A stretch of 64,000 nucleotides of DNA from Hyalangium minutum. Lineage in GTDB: Bacteria; Myxococcota; Myxococcia; Myxococcales; Myxococcaceae. Location: the NCBI RefSeq assembly GCF_000737315.1, contig NZ_JMCB01000010.1:186001-250000 (forward strand), given 5' to 3'. The notes beneath the pieces were generated by a model. It made no database searches, was not told the origin of the DNA, and was given only the letters and a program-made list of their open reading frames with translations. This document shows, piece by piece, positions 46,796 to 56,585 of the stretch. The translations under genes and the position numbers were made by a program. The first letter of the stretch is position 1, and every line of letters starts with the position of its first letter.

Positions 46796-47473
46796 GTGCG
46801 ATTCCACCCCTTCGTGCTGAGCCTCTCCCTGCTCATGGGGAGCGTCTCGGCGGCCCAAGCTCCCGAGGAACTCACCCCTCCCCCACTGCCCCAGGAGGAA
46901 CCCTCTCCCCCCCCACTGCCCCAGGGCGAGAGCATCCCCTACCAGTACCGGCCCGAGAACGAGCTGCCTCCCGATCCGATCTTCTCGCGCATCCTGGTGG
47001 AGTCGACCGGAGGCGTGCTCGGAGGCGCGGTCATGGGACTCTCGGGCCTCCTCTCAGGAGCGCCCGCGCTCCGCGAGGTGAACTGCAAGTCGGGCGAGGT
47101 GTGCCTCCTCCCGCTCCTCTTCGTCATGGTCCCCGCCGCCTTCGTGGGTATCCCCTACGGCGTCGAAGGCTTCGCCGACGGAATGTCGGGCCGGGGCGAG
47201 CTTCTCCCCACCATGGCCGGCAGCGTGCTGGGCACAGGCGTTGGCTTCCTCTCGGGGTACGCCACGGGGAGCACCGCAGGATGGATCGTCAGCCTCATCC
47301 TCTGGCCCATCACTGGCGCCGTCGTGGGCTATGAGCTCTCGCATGCCTTCAACCTGCGCAGCGCCAGCGCGGCGGGGCCGGGCCCTTCCGCCAGCACGGG
47401 TCCCCGCATGGTGCCCCTCCTCGGCGCGACGCCCCAGGGAGGTTTCTTCACGGGGCTCTCGGGATGCTTCTGA
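46796..47473 (+). CDS. Secreted/membrane hypothetical protein with Gly-rich TM segments
   Basis: Signal peptide, Pro-rich linker, GxxxG-rich hydrophobic segments, C-terminal GLSGCF. Confidence 0.75.
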   Translation: MRFHPFVLSLSLLMGSVSAAQAPEELTPPPLPQEEPSPPPLPQGESIPYQYRPENELPPDPIFSRILVESTGGVLGGAVMGLSGLLSGAPALREVNCKSGEVCLLPLLFVMVPAAFVGIPYGVEGFADGMSGRGELLPTMAGSVLGTGVGFLSGYATGSTAGWIVSLILWPITGAVVGYELSHAFNLRSASAAGPGPSASTGPRMVPLLGATPQGGFFTGLSGCF

Positions 47474-48940
47474 TCAGCGGCGGGCCCGCGCCTGCCTCAC
47501 GTACGGCGAGACATGATCGCCGTACCGCTCCTCGATCCACGGCTCCAGGTGGTCCGCGCCACGAATGACGCCGCGGCACCGCGGACTGCCGCACTCGCAC
47601 CGGAACTCCGCCATCCCCGGTCCATAGAGGGTGGCGTAATCGATCGTGATGGGCTCTCCCTCCTGGATCGGCCGGCGCGCCACGCAGTCGAGTCCCTCGT
47701 TCCAGGCGTTCGGATCGCACGAGTGGTTGAGGAGCGACCATTCCTGAGGAGCCTCGCCTCCGACCGCGAAGACGCCCTCCGAGACCGGATACGCCCATTG
47801 CGGCAGCATCGCGCGCTGCCAATCGGCCCAGGTCTTCTCGAGGTGCTGACGGCTCGCCAGGACGTGGGCACGCTCCTCGCCCACGAGGATGCGCTCACCG
47901 GCGGCCAGGTTCATCGCGGCCACCAGGCCATAGCCACCGGGCTGGCCGTACTCGGTCCGGAACCGGGGACGGCGTGCCGCCTGACGGCGCAGGGCGCACG
48001 CGATGATGTGCTCCAGGAAGCCTCGCTGCCCCGCGGGATCCTGCGAGAGGATGAGGTCCGCACTGCCGAACTCACCCGGTGGGTAGAAGACGCCGCAGGA
48101 CGGGTTCACATCCAGCAGGAACAGCCGCCCGTCCGGCCCCATGCGGACATCGAGGCGCGCATACCCCACCGCCTTCGTCGCGGTGAAGACGCGCTGGGCC
48201 AGCTGCCTCAGCCGCCCCTCCAGGACCGGATCCGCCACACGCCGCATGCCCATCTGCTCATAGTCCGACCACTTGAGATCAAAGTGCTTGAAGGTCTCTC
48301 CCTCGGGGAAGCGGATCTCCATGGGGATGTAGACCCGGGGGAGCAGCTCTCCGATGCCGGGCTCGGCGACCAGCACGGTGAACTCGGGGCCCTCGACGAA
48401 CTCTTCAATCAGCGCGGCCCCGTACTGCGACACCATGTGCTCGGCCCTGTCGAGCAGCGCCTCGCGCGTCTCGACCCGGGAGCCCTGGGTCAGGCCGATG
48501 CTGCCGTAGCCGTTCGGGTGCTTGACGATCAGCGGGAAGCGCAGCGCCTTGGCGGCCCGCTCGGCCTCGGCGCGCTGGCCGGCGAACGCATACCGAGGCG
48601 TGTCCACGCCGATGCGGTGACAGACGCCCTTGAGCCACTGTCGGGTCGGCTCATAGAACTCCGGAGTGGGGCCCGTGTACGCTACGCCGAGCCGCTCCAG
48701 CTCGATGACCACCTCCAGCCCCGGCAGATCCTCATCCCACGCCGCATCGCACATGTTGATGAAGACGTCGAAGCCGCGCTGGGCCAGCTTCCGGACCGTC
48801 TGCACGGCGGTGGCCTTGTGGATCGGGCTCCGTTCCCAGTCCTGCTCCGGCATCAACCGGGAGGGATCCTGAACCGGATCGAACCCCTTGAACGGGGAGC
48901 TGGACTGCTCGTAGGAGGGGAACAGCACGCACAGTTTCAT
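47474..48940 (-). CDS. D-Ala-D-Ala-ligase-like ATP-grasp fused to SET/post-SET domain
   Basis: PLIVKHPNGYGSIG, IEEFVEGPEF, YARLDVR, LLDVNP; C-terminal LNHSCDPN, ITIDY, CECGSPRC. Start MKLCVLF at 48940. Confidence 0.9.
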   Translation of the reverse strand: MKLCVLFPSYEQSSSPFKGFDPVQDPSRLMPEQDWERSPIHKATAVQTVRKLAQRGFDVFINMCDAAWDEDLPGLEVVIELERLGVAYTGPTPEFYEPTRQWLKGVCHRIGVDTPRYAFAGQRAEAERAAKALRFPLIVKHPNGYGSIGLTQGSRVETREALLDRAEHMVSQYGAALIEEFVEGPEFTVLVAEPGIGELLPRVYIPMEIRFPEGETFKHFDLKWSDYEQMGMRRVADPVLEGRLRQLAQRVFTATKAVGYARLDVRMGPDGRLFLLDVNPSCGVFYPPGEFGSADLILSQDPAGQRGFLEHIIACALRRQAARRPRFRTEYGQPGGYGLVAAMNLAAGERILVGEERAHVLASRQHLEKTWADWQRAMLPQWAYPVSEGVFAVGGEAPQEWSLLNHSCDPNAWNEGLDCVARRPIQEGEPITIDYATLYGPGMAEFRCECGSPRCRGVIRGADHLEPWIEERYGDHVSPYVRQARARR

Positions 48941-48977
48941 GGGCGCATGATAGGGGTGCTTTCTCAGCGGGAGAATC

Positions 48978-49523
48978 ATGAGTCGGAAGAGCTACCTGCC
49001 TCACACCTGGGCCGATGAGCGCGTGAGCGTCAAGCCCTCGCCCATCGACGGGAAAGGGCTCTTCGCCACCCGCGACATCCCCGAGGGCACCGTGCTCATG
49101 GTCTGGGGCGGCCAGGTGGTGGACCGGAAGACCATCGACTACTCCCAGTACCGGGCCGAGACGGTGGTCGCCATCAGCGAGGCCGAGTACCTCGCCCTCC
49201 CCCGCTCGGACACCCGCGAGGCCCTGGATGTCTACCTCAACCACTCGTGCGATCCGACGGCCTGGCTCATTGATGAGGTGACCATAGTGGCTCGGCGCCC
49301 CATCCAGGCGGGCGAGGAGATCACCACGGAGTTCGCCACCTGGTTCGACTATGAGCCCGAGGTGTCCTACTCCGAGAACTGGGCCTGCAAGTGCGGCAGC
49401 CCTCTGTGCCGGAAGGCCCTGAGCGCGCAGGATTGGAGGCGGGCGGATCTCCAGGAGAAGTACGCGGGGCACTTCTCGCCCTTCCTGGAGAGGCGCATCC
49501 ATGAGGAGCGGCAGAAGGTCTGA
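48978..49523 (+). CDS. SET domain protein
   Basis: SPIDGKGLFATRDI, YLNHSCDP, GEEITTEF, CKCGSPLC. Confidence 0.92.
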   Translation: MSRKSYLPHTWADERVSVKPSPIDGKGLFATRDIPEGTVLMVWGGQVVDRKTIDYSQYRAETVVAISEAEYLALPRSDTREALDVYLNHSCDPTAWLIDEVTIVARRPIQAGEEITTEFATWFDYEPEVSYSENWACKCGSPLCRKALSAQDWRRADLQEKYAGHFSPFLERRIHEERQKV

Positions 49524-49529
49524 GCGCCT

Positions 49530-49991
49530 TCAGCGCTGGCGCGAAGCCCGCTGTAGGAGCCGCGTGATGTGGGGGTTGAGGCGCTGTCCCTGGAGCGAGT
49601 GCTCCGGCAGCTGCGAAGCCCCGGCGATCCTCCGGAGGCAGTGAGGGCTCCCGCAGGCACAGTCGAAGGGCTCCGCCATCGTCCACTCGGTCGAGGGATA
49701 AAAGAAGGTGATCGGCTCGCCCGCTGCGATGGGCTTGAGCGCGACCACCTGCCACTGCTCGACGTCGAAGAAGGCGTTGGGATGGCAGCTGTGATTGGTA
49801 AACGTGAGGACCGAGGGCAAGAGCGTGATGTGCTCGTCCTCGGAGACCTGGAGCGTCAGCTGGGCCGGGCGATCGTACGTGGCCAGAGCGCGAAACGGTG
49901 TGAGCACTTCCCCCGCAGCAAAAGCGCGGAGGCTCCGGAGAGAGCGCTGGCCGAGCTGCTCATCGTGGAGGACCTCTAGCGGAAGGGCCAT
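49530..49991 (-). CDS. SET domain protein
   Basis: FTNHSCHPN, GEPITFFYPSTE, FDCACGSPHC. Start inferred at 49991. Confidence 0.88.
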   Translation of the reverse strand: MALPLEVLHDEQLGQRSLRSLRAFAAGEVLTPFRALATYDRPAQLTLQVSEDEHITLLPSVLTFTNHSCHPNAFFDVEQWQVVALKPIAAGEPITFFYPSTEWTMAEPFDCACGSPHCLRRIAGASQLPEHSLQGQRLNPHITRLLQRASRQR

Positions 49992-50046
49992 GGAGACTCC
50001 GGAGTGTGACACAGACTCGGCGTCTCCATGGCCAAACAACAGGGCG

Positions 50047-52269
50047 TCAGAAGAAGAAGCTGACGGTGGCCTGGGCGTTGAACGGCGCGCCGGGTGTGAA
50101 GTGCAGATCCTCACACCCCTCGAAGGTGTCCTCCCCAGCCGGGCGCGTTCCCGCTGGACAGCTCTCCGGTCCCGTCTCGTCCGGCAGCCGGGAGACGTTG
50201 GCGAACTGAGCCTCGCGCCACTCCGTGTTCAGCAGGTTCTGGAGCCCCAGCGTCACCTCGAACCAGGAGCCTCGGTAACCCGCGGTCACGTCCACCCGGG
50301 TAAAGCCCTCCGCCGTGAGGAAGCGATCCTCCGTGGCAGGCCGATCTCCCAGGTGGATCGCCCCGATGCGGCCATATGCGCCACTCGGATGCCGCGCTGA
50401 CACTCCGCCAGCCAGGATCAGCGTCGGTGCCAGCGCCACTGCATCGGCGTTCCCCGCGTTCCCCACGAAGGTGGCCCGAGACACCGTGAGATCCGCGTCC
50501 GCGAAGAGCCACGGCAGGATGCGCAGCCGTGCCTCCGCCTCCAAGCCTCGCCGCCGCGTGGGGCCTCGCGCCTCCGTGGAACCCTCGTCCCCAACCCACA
50601 CCAGCTCGCTGTCCAGATCCAACAGGAAGACCGAGCCGGCCAGGTCCAGCACGTCGAACAGCCGCGTCCTCGCGCCCAGCTCGTAGCCGCGCGCCTGGGT
50701 CAGCGGCGTCACCGGATCCGGCTGGCGCACCACCCCTCTCGCGTCATTCGAGTGAAAGCCCGCACCCGCGTTGAGGTACAGCTCCGTCTCCGGAATGGCT
50801 CCGAAGACGAGGCTCGCCTTGGGCGAGATGCGCGAGGCCTGCCGCACCCCAGAGGTCTTCGTGTCCTGTGTGGTGAGATCCTCCAGCTTGTCATCCACGT
50901 CGAAGCCGAAGAGATCCCCTCGCACGCCCAGCACCGTGCGCAGCCAGGGCGTGAGGATGATGTCCTCCTGGGCGTACAGCCCGAGGCTCCCCTCGCGCAC
51001 GCTCGCGTCCACCACGGGCGCCAGGCGCTCGCGCGCGCGATCGTTGAAGAGGCTGTTCTCAATCGAGTCGGTGCGCAGCTGCGTACCGAATGTCGTCTCG
51101 AAGGACAGCCCCCTCCACTGGTGCCGGAAGCGATAGCTGGCCTGGAGCCCCGCCATCGTCCGAGCGTCGTGCTGCTCGATCATGTCTCCATTGATCGGAT
51201 CCCGGCTGAAGAACGTGAAGTTCGAGAAGAGGTTGAGCCGGTACTGCACGAGGTACGCCTCCACGCGCACCTCCCCCTCCTCGCCGGTGCGCGCGCTATA
51301 GGTCGCGGAGAGGCTGTGCCGCTGGGAGTTTCCTCCCTCCGTGGGATCGATCGTCCCGAAGCGGCTGAGCCGGCCCGCACGCACCTCGCGCAAGGGAACC
51401 TGCCCGCTCGCGTTCCATCCGCTGCCGTAGGACATGAGCCGGAGCGACAGCGACGCGCGATCCGACACGTCCCGGGTGACCTGGGTGAACAGACTGAAGC
51501 GCTGAAGCTTCTCGGGAGAGTCGAACGGGCCGTTCGTCCCGTACACCTGCGCCGCGATGATCGGATCCCAGCCCTCGACCTCTGGGGCGGCGATGAAGAG
51601 CCCTCGCCACGTGTCGAACGAGCCACCGCTCAGCGTCACCTGGCTCTTCTCGAAGTGCCGCCGCGTCACGAGGTTGATCGCCCCCGCCGTGGCAAAGTCT
51701 CCGAACCGGGCGAAGTACGGGCCCTTGGCCACCTCCACCCGCTCGATGAGCTCGGGGATGAGCCAGTTGAGATCCGCGTACCCCTGGCCATGCGCGTGGC
51801 TCACCATGTTCACGGGCACGCCGTCGACGAAGAGCGCCACATCCGTGCCGTGGTCCGCGTCGAATCCGCGCAGGAAGTACTGGTTCGCCTTGCCCCCTCC
51901 CGCGTGCTGGTTCGCGTAGAGGCCGGGGACGACTTGCAGGATGTCCACGGGACGTGGGTGGGGGCGCAGCAGGAAGTCGCGATCCCGCACCGTCGTCGAT
52001 GACGCCGCGGTGAAGGACCTCCGAGACGTAATGGTTGTCTCCAGCCGGCTGGGAGTCTCCGGGGGGGTGGGCGCGGAGACTTCCTCGGAAACAGCCGGCG
52101 CAGGAGGCTCGGCCGGTGGGGGTGGCGGAGGTGTTTCTGGAGTGGGCGGAGGCGAGGCAGGAACTGCCTCCGGAGGGAGAGACGCTTCTGGGGACTGAGC
52201 AAAGGACGGCGAGGCCGCGCACAAAAGCGCAGCGAGCATGGCCCGGCGGGCCACGCAAAGGCGTGACAT
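50047..52269 (-). CDS. TonB-dependent receptor
   Basis: Signal peptide, Pro-rich linker, plug motifs (QHAGGGKANQYFLRGFDADHGTD, ERVEVAKGPY), C-terminal Phe. Confidence 0.95.
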   Translation of the reverse strand: MSRLCVARRAMLAALLCAASPSFAQSPEASLPPEAVPASPPPTPETPPPPPPAEPPAPAVSEEVSAPTPPETPSRLETTITSRRSFTAASSTTVRDRDFLLRPHPRPVDILQVVPGLYANQHAGGGKANQYFLRGFDADHGTDVALFVDGVPVNMVSHAHGQGYADLNWLIPELIERVEVAKGPYFARFGDFATAGAINLVTRRHFEKSQVTLSGGSFDTWRGLFIAAPEVEGWDPIIAAQVYGTNGPFDSPEKLQRFSLFTQVTRDVSDRASLSLRLMSYGSGWNASGQVPLREVRAGRLSRFGTIDPTEGGNSQRHSLSATYSARTGEEGEVRVEAYLVQYRLNLFSNFTFFSRDPINGDMIEQHDARTMAGLQASYRFRHQWRGLSFETTFGTQLRTDSIENSLFNDRARERLAPVVDASVREGSLGLYAQEDIILTPWLRTVLGVRGDLFGFDVDDKLEDLTTQDTKTSGVRQASRISPKASLVFGAIPETELYLNAGAGFHSNDARGVVRQPDPVTPLTQARGYELGARTRLFDVLDLAGSVFLLDLDSELVWVGDEGSTEARGPTRRRGLEAEARLRILPWLFADADLTVSRATFVGNAGNADAVALAPTLILAGGVSARHPSGAYGRIGAIHLGDRPATEDRFLTAEGFTRVDVTAGYRGSWFEVTLGLQNLLNTEWREAQFANVSRLPDETGPESCPAGTRPAGEDTFEGCEDLHFTPGAPFNAQATVSFFF

Positions 52270-52330
52270 GAGAGACCTCAAGGATGGAAGAAGAGACAGA
52301 AGACAGCCCGTGACAACAGCGGGGCTGCTC

Positions 52331-52849
52331 CTAGGGGCCTTGAGGCATCGCGGTGGGACGAAGCGGAGCGACTGGCACCCACTCGCGGCGAGGGGCCGCT
52401 ACGGCGTGGAGCCGCTCCCAACGAACTGCTGGCAACAACAGGAGGGGTTGCGACAACGCCACCGCCTGCAGGTGCTCCACGGCCCCCCAGGCGTGGCGGT
52501 GCGGCTTGCCCTTTCCATGGCGGTGCGAGTGCCCGTGCTCATGGCCGTGGCCGTCCACCGCGTGGCCGTGTCCGAGCCCCTCTGCTTCGCTGGACTCGTC
52601 CTCCGTGGGAGGGCTCTGAGCCCCCATCGCGCCAGGGGGATCCACCCACTCCTGCGCCGCCTCCGGAAGGTCCAGCTCTCCCGCGTGGTCGGCCACCGCG
52701 TGCAGCACCGGCCCCAGCACGAGGCCGTACACCACGACCATCAGGCCGAGGCATGCCAAGTCACGGCGATCTTGAGGGTGGCTCAGCACGGGGCGTTCGA
52801 CAGGCGCGGGAATGACCGGAGCGCTGGCTAGCCGTCTTCCGGCGGACAT
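52331..52849 (-). CDS. His-rich membrane-anchored protein upstream of TonB-dependent receptor
   Basis: TM LGLMVVVYGLVLGPVLH; HGHAVDGHGHEHGHSHRH...HRH...EH; C-terminal PQGP. Start uncertain. Confidence 0.65.
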   Translation of the reverse strand: MSAGRRLASAPVIPAPVERPVLSHPQDRRDLACLGLMVVVYGLVLGPVLHAVADHAGELDLPEAAQEWVDPPGAMGAQSPPTEDESSEAEGLGHGHAVDGHGHEHGHSHRHGKGKPHRHAWGAVEHLQAVALSQPLLLLPAVRWERLHAVAAPRREWVPVAPLRPTAMPQGP

Positions 52850-52877
52850 GCAAGGCGCTCTTTACGCCAACACGCCG

Positions 52878-53654
52878 CTACTTGCGGTGACCGGCAGCCG
52901 CCAGTATCAGCTTGGCGATGTCCTGTGGGTGTGAGACCAGGGACAGGTGGCCTGCCTCCAACTCCACGGTTGAGGCGTTCATGCGGTGTGCCAGAAAGCG
53001 CTGGAGGTCCGGCGCGATGGTCTGATCCTGCTTCGACACCGCATACCAACTCGGCTTGGAGTGCCAGGCGGCCGCGGTGGTCTTCTCCGCGAACAGCGAG
53101 GCCGCAGCCGGCTGTTGCACGGCATACAGGATCTTCGCCTTCTCGCGCGAGACACCGTTCGCGAAGTACTTGAGAAAGGGGTCCTCGGAGATGGTGGTGA
53201 AGCCCTCGCGCTCCTGGACGCCGGCCCGCACGGGCGTGGTGGGGTACTTTTGGGAGAGGGCGACGAAGTCCTCGCCCGCATCGGGTGCGCGAGCGGCCAC
53301 GTACACGAGCGCCGTCACCTTTGGGTCGGTCCCTACCTCACTGATGACGGTCCCCCCCCAAGAGTGGGCGACCAGCACGGTGGGGCCCTTCTGCACCGCC
53401 AAGGCCCGTCGCGTCGCGGCGACGGAATCGGCGAGCGATGTCAGTGGATTCTGCACCGAAGTCACCTGCAACCCGGCAGCTTGCAACCGTTGAATGACTT
53501 CGCTCCAACTCGAGCCGTCCGCCCAGGCGCCGTGCACCAGTACGACGTGGGTCGCCTTGACCGAGGGGGGCGGCTGCGCTGACGCCTCCGTCGTCAAGAA
53601 GACCGTTGAAAGGATACCGAAGAGGGTCACTGTCCATGTGTGTAGCGTCTTCAT
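52878..53654 (-). CDS. Secreted alpha/beta hydrolase (Abhydrolase_6)
   Basis: Signal peptide from MKTLHTW; LVHGAWADGSSW, AHSWGG, QDQTI, GHLSL. Confidence 0.93.
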   Translation of the reverse strand: MKTLHTWTVTLFGILSTVFLTTEASAQPPPSVKATHVVLVHGAWADGSSWSEVIQRLQAAGLQVTSVQNPLTSLADSVAATRRALAVQKGPTVLVAHSWGGTVISEVGTDPKVTALVYVAARAPDAGEDFVALSQKYPTTPVRAGVQEREGFTTISEDPFLKYFANGVSREKAKILYAVQQPAAASLFAEKTTAAAWHSKPSWYAVSKQDQTIAPDLQRFLAHRMNASTVELEAGHLSLVSHPQDIAKLILAAAGHRK

Positions 53655-53930
53655 CCGCCAGTCTCCTCTCGTGAGCCATGGGCTCCGGCACGGTTCCCCC
53701 TCATGCATGAGCGTGAAGGTGAAGTGGCCAGCAGCCGCTGCCAAGGTGCCAAAGAGGGCGAGGACGCCGCGGGTAGACTGGGCATGGCTGCTGCGGCGCA
53801 CGCCAGGCGCTCCATCTCCTCTCTCGCTCGCAGCCGTGCCCTGTTCTTTGATCAGCACGTCCCGAAGCCGGCGCGCTGAGGACGCGCGCACGGCCAGAGG
53901 TGGCCAAGCTCCGCAGCGGGAGATGAGGAG

Positions 53931-54074
53931 TGGAGGCGGCGGGAATCGAACCCGCAGCAAGGCGGAAGCAAAACCCTAAGCAGGTCGCGCTGTTACCGGC
54001 TAACGCCTTGATCTCACACCAGATAGTTCCCCCGCTCCGTCCCGTCTCGTCCCGTTTTCATCCCCGCTGGAGGG
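53931..54074 (-). repeat. Repeat copy 1 (left part): tmRNA 3'-end-like att fragment plus arm sequence
   Basis: Minus strand GCGGGTTCGATTCCCGCCGCCTCCA = T-arm + CGCCTCC-A acceptor strand (U70, as in tmRNA). About 140 bp highly similar to 58705-58868. Continues at 56041-56060 beyond the intron. Confidence 0.85.
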
Positions 54075-56040
54075 GTAGAGTCGACGGGAGGCGCGGTGCC
54101 GCTCGGGTTCGTCAGCGCCTGCTGCGAGGGTCCACTTTCGCTCGCCCTCTCGCCGAGTCTCACCCACGGTCCGTTTCCTCCACGCCGCTCATCGAACCGG
54201 ACGTGCAGATTTCCTGCATCCGGCTCTCGGACAGGTTTCACGCGACGCGTCTCAGCGCAGGAGCGCACGTACCTCCAGTACTCCAAGGTTCCGGTGCACC
54301 TCGTTGTACTTGAAGCGTGACGTAGCTCGCGCCATCTCGTGCCTCCTGCTCAGGAAGTTCCTCACCCGTTCTGTGACGTGCCAGTCCAGCACGTTGAACG
54401 CGTGCATCGACGAGTCGTAGGCAAAGTACGTCGCCCACCCTCGCAGGAACAGGTTGAGCTCGCCCGCTATCTCCTCCCAGCGCTCCGTCCTGCCGCGCCG
54501 GAGGATTCGGCTCACTTCACCTCGGGCGTGCTCCATTGCCTTCTTCGAAGGTCGGGCTCCCAGGTACTTCTGGCCGGTCTTCTTGTAGACCAGTGGCCCC
54601 AGCTCGTACCCCAGAAAGCGGAAATGCTCCTTCCGCGCATCGCGAATGCTCGTCTTCGTCTCGTTGAGCGTCAGCTTCATCCCAGCGAGCCACCTCTTCA
54701 CTTGCGCCAACACCTCTGTGGCTCCCTTGCGGGCTACCACCACGAAGTCATCGGCGTAGTTGACGATCTTCGCTCCGCTCCTCTTCATCAGCTCGCTCTG
54801 GGCGAACACCTTCAGCAACCGGTTGATGTAGATGTTCGCCAGCAGCGGTGAGATGACACCGCCCTGCGGTGTCCCCTGCTTCGAGCGCTTGCCTCCGCTG
54901 TACTTCGGGCGTCCCTGCTCGTCCCTCTCTTCCACAGGCACCTTCAGCCACATCTTCAAAAGATGCAGCACCGCCTTGTCCGCAACTCTCCTCGCGACGC
55001 TCTTCATCAGCTCCGCGTGGGGAATCGTGTCGAAGTACTTCGAGAGATCCGCATCGACCACTTGGGTTCGCCCCTGCTTCAGCTCCTGATGAACCTCCTT
55101 GACCGCATCCACCGCACTGCGTCCGGGTCGGTACCCGTAGGCAGCCTCGCTCAAGTCGGCCTCGAAGATTGGCTCCAGAATGAGCTTCGCCGCCGTCTGG
55201 ACCACACGATCTCTGATCGTGGGGATACCCAGAGGCCGCTCGCCTCCCCCTGGCTTGGGTATCAGCACCCTCCTCACGGGCTGGGGCCGATACGTCTTCC
55301 CTTGCAGCTCGCGCTGCAACTCCTCAAGCCAACGCTCCTCGCCGTACGCCTCGATCTGCTCGAAGGTCTGTCCGTCCACTCCTGCGGCGCCCCGCTTCTG
55401 TTTCGACTGCTTGAGCGCCTCCGTCAGGACGTCCCGCCGATGGATCTTGTCGTACAGCGCGTAGAACCGGAACGTCGGCTCCGCCTTGGCCTTCGCGTAC
55501 AGCTTCGCTCGGAGCTCTTCGAGCTTTGTAGGGGTTGTTAGGCTCACGCCAATCTCCCGCTGCGTCCGCTCCTTGCGAAGCACCCTGAACCAGGGCTCCT
55601 TCCCTCCACGGTCGTTACCCGCTTCATCGGTAGTACGAGCCCCTCCGACTCCTGGCCTCCGCCACGCTCCAAGGGCGTGTTCGGGTCGCTTTCCCGCTCG
55701 GACCAGGTCTCCCGTGTTGCGCACTTCACCGTGTGCTCACATGCCGCGCCCCACTACCCCGGTGGTCCACCCGGCGGCGATGCTGTCGACCTTCTCGCCG
55801 GGTGCTTGGCCTTCCCTGTATGTGCGCCAGGTCGGCTCCCACGATTGCCCTTTCGGGGCCTGCTCGGGCTTCACTCACGTTGCGGCCTGCGAACTCGCTC
55901 GACCTCCTTTCGAGGCCTTCTGTCTCTGGGCTTCGAGTCCCAGAGTCGCCTCTCGTCCCCGCCAGATAGCTACCGAGGGGGTCGACTTCCTCCTCGGGCG
56001 GGACTTCCTCCCGCTGGTCAAGTGCACCTTCACGGCGCAC
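54075..56040 (-). mobile_element. Group II intron
   Basis: 5' end GTGCGCCGTG at 56040; domain V GAGAGCCGGATGCAGGAAATCTGCACGTCCGGTTCGATGAGCGGCG (about 54183-54228); 3' end ...GACTCTAC at 54075; internal RT/maturase ORF. Confidence 0.92.
54252..55547 (-). CDS. ltrA: Group II intron reverse transcriptase/maturase (no endonuclease domain)
   Basis: RFYALYDK, RPLGIPTIRDRVVQ, GTPQGGVISPLLANIY, YADDF, FLGY, LRGWATYF. GTG start 55547 after a GGGAG RBS. Confidence 0.95.
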   Translation of the reverse strand: MSLTTPTKLEELRAKLYAKAKAEPTFRFYALYDKIHRRDVLTEALKQSKQKRGAAGVDGQTFEQIEAYGEERWLEELQRELQGKTYRPQPVRRVLIPKPGGGERPLGIPTIRDRVVQTAAKLILEPIFEADLSEAAYGYRPGRSAVDAVKEVHQELKQGRTQVVDADLSKYFDTIPHAELMKSVARRVADKAVLHLLKMWLKVPVEERDEQGRPKYSGGKRSKQGTPQGGVISPLLANIYINRLLKVFAQSELMKRSGAKIVNYADDFVVVARKGATEVLAQVKRWLAGMKLTLNETKTSIRDARKEHFRFLGYELGPLVYKKTGQKYLGARPSKKAMEHARGEVSRILRRGRTERWEEIAGELNLFLRGWATYFAYDSSMHAFNVLDWHVTERVRNFLSRRHEMARATSRFKYNEVHRNLGVLEVRALLR

Positions 56041-56585
56041 GCACATACGGGGCACATGCGGCCCAACTCGGTTCAATGCCGCGAGGCCCGCGTGCCACCA
56101 GACCGCCTGAGAAGGTATTGACCAAGAGCAGCCAAGCAAGTGAGATAGCGCACTTCAGGAGCATGGCCGCTTGCAGGGGAGTCGTGCATCAGGGGACAGG
56201 GGTGAGGGAGTTTGTCGCTCCGTCAGCCGCCTGCGGCAGAGTCCTCAGAGGTGCCCGCCTGCGTGGCTGTTCGGAAATGTCGGGACTTTTGCGCCTAAAA
56301 ACCCCTGATATTTCCGGGCAGTGGGCCCACGAGTTGGGCGGTCGACCGGGCCCCAGACAGAGGCCATAAGTCTCCCCAGACGTGGTCACACGCTTCCTTC
56401 GGCCATGCGCTCACTAGCTGCTTCGATCGCTCAAGCCATCTCAACACATTCTGATCACGTACGACAATTGTGGGCGTTGAGTGTGGTACGCTGGACTTCA
56501 AGGGCTCTCTATCTCGCGGCATCAATAGATTCGAGTCTCACCGAGCGGCCCAATGTGCTTATTACCTAACGGAGAGGCAATCCGA

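Noticed and set aside
52849-52880. Cobalamin or metal riboswitch upstream of the TonB-receptor locus
   Set aside because: The intergenic space is too short and no riboswitch consensus was recognised.
53931-53955. Complete tRNA or tmRNA gene (also at 58705-58729)
   Set aside because: Only the T-arm and 3' acceptor strand are present. No complementary 5' acceptor strand, anticodon arm or tag ORF is visible, and no terminal CCA follows.
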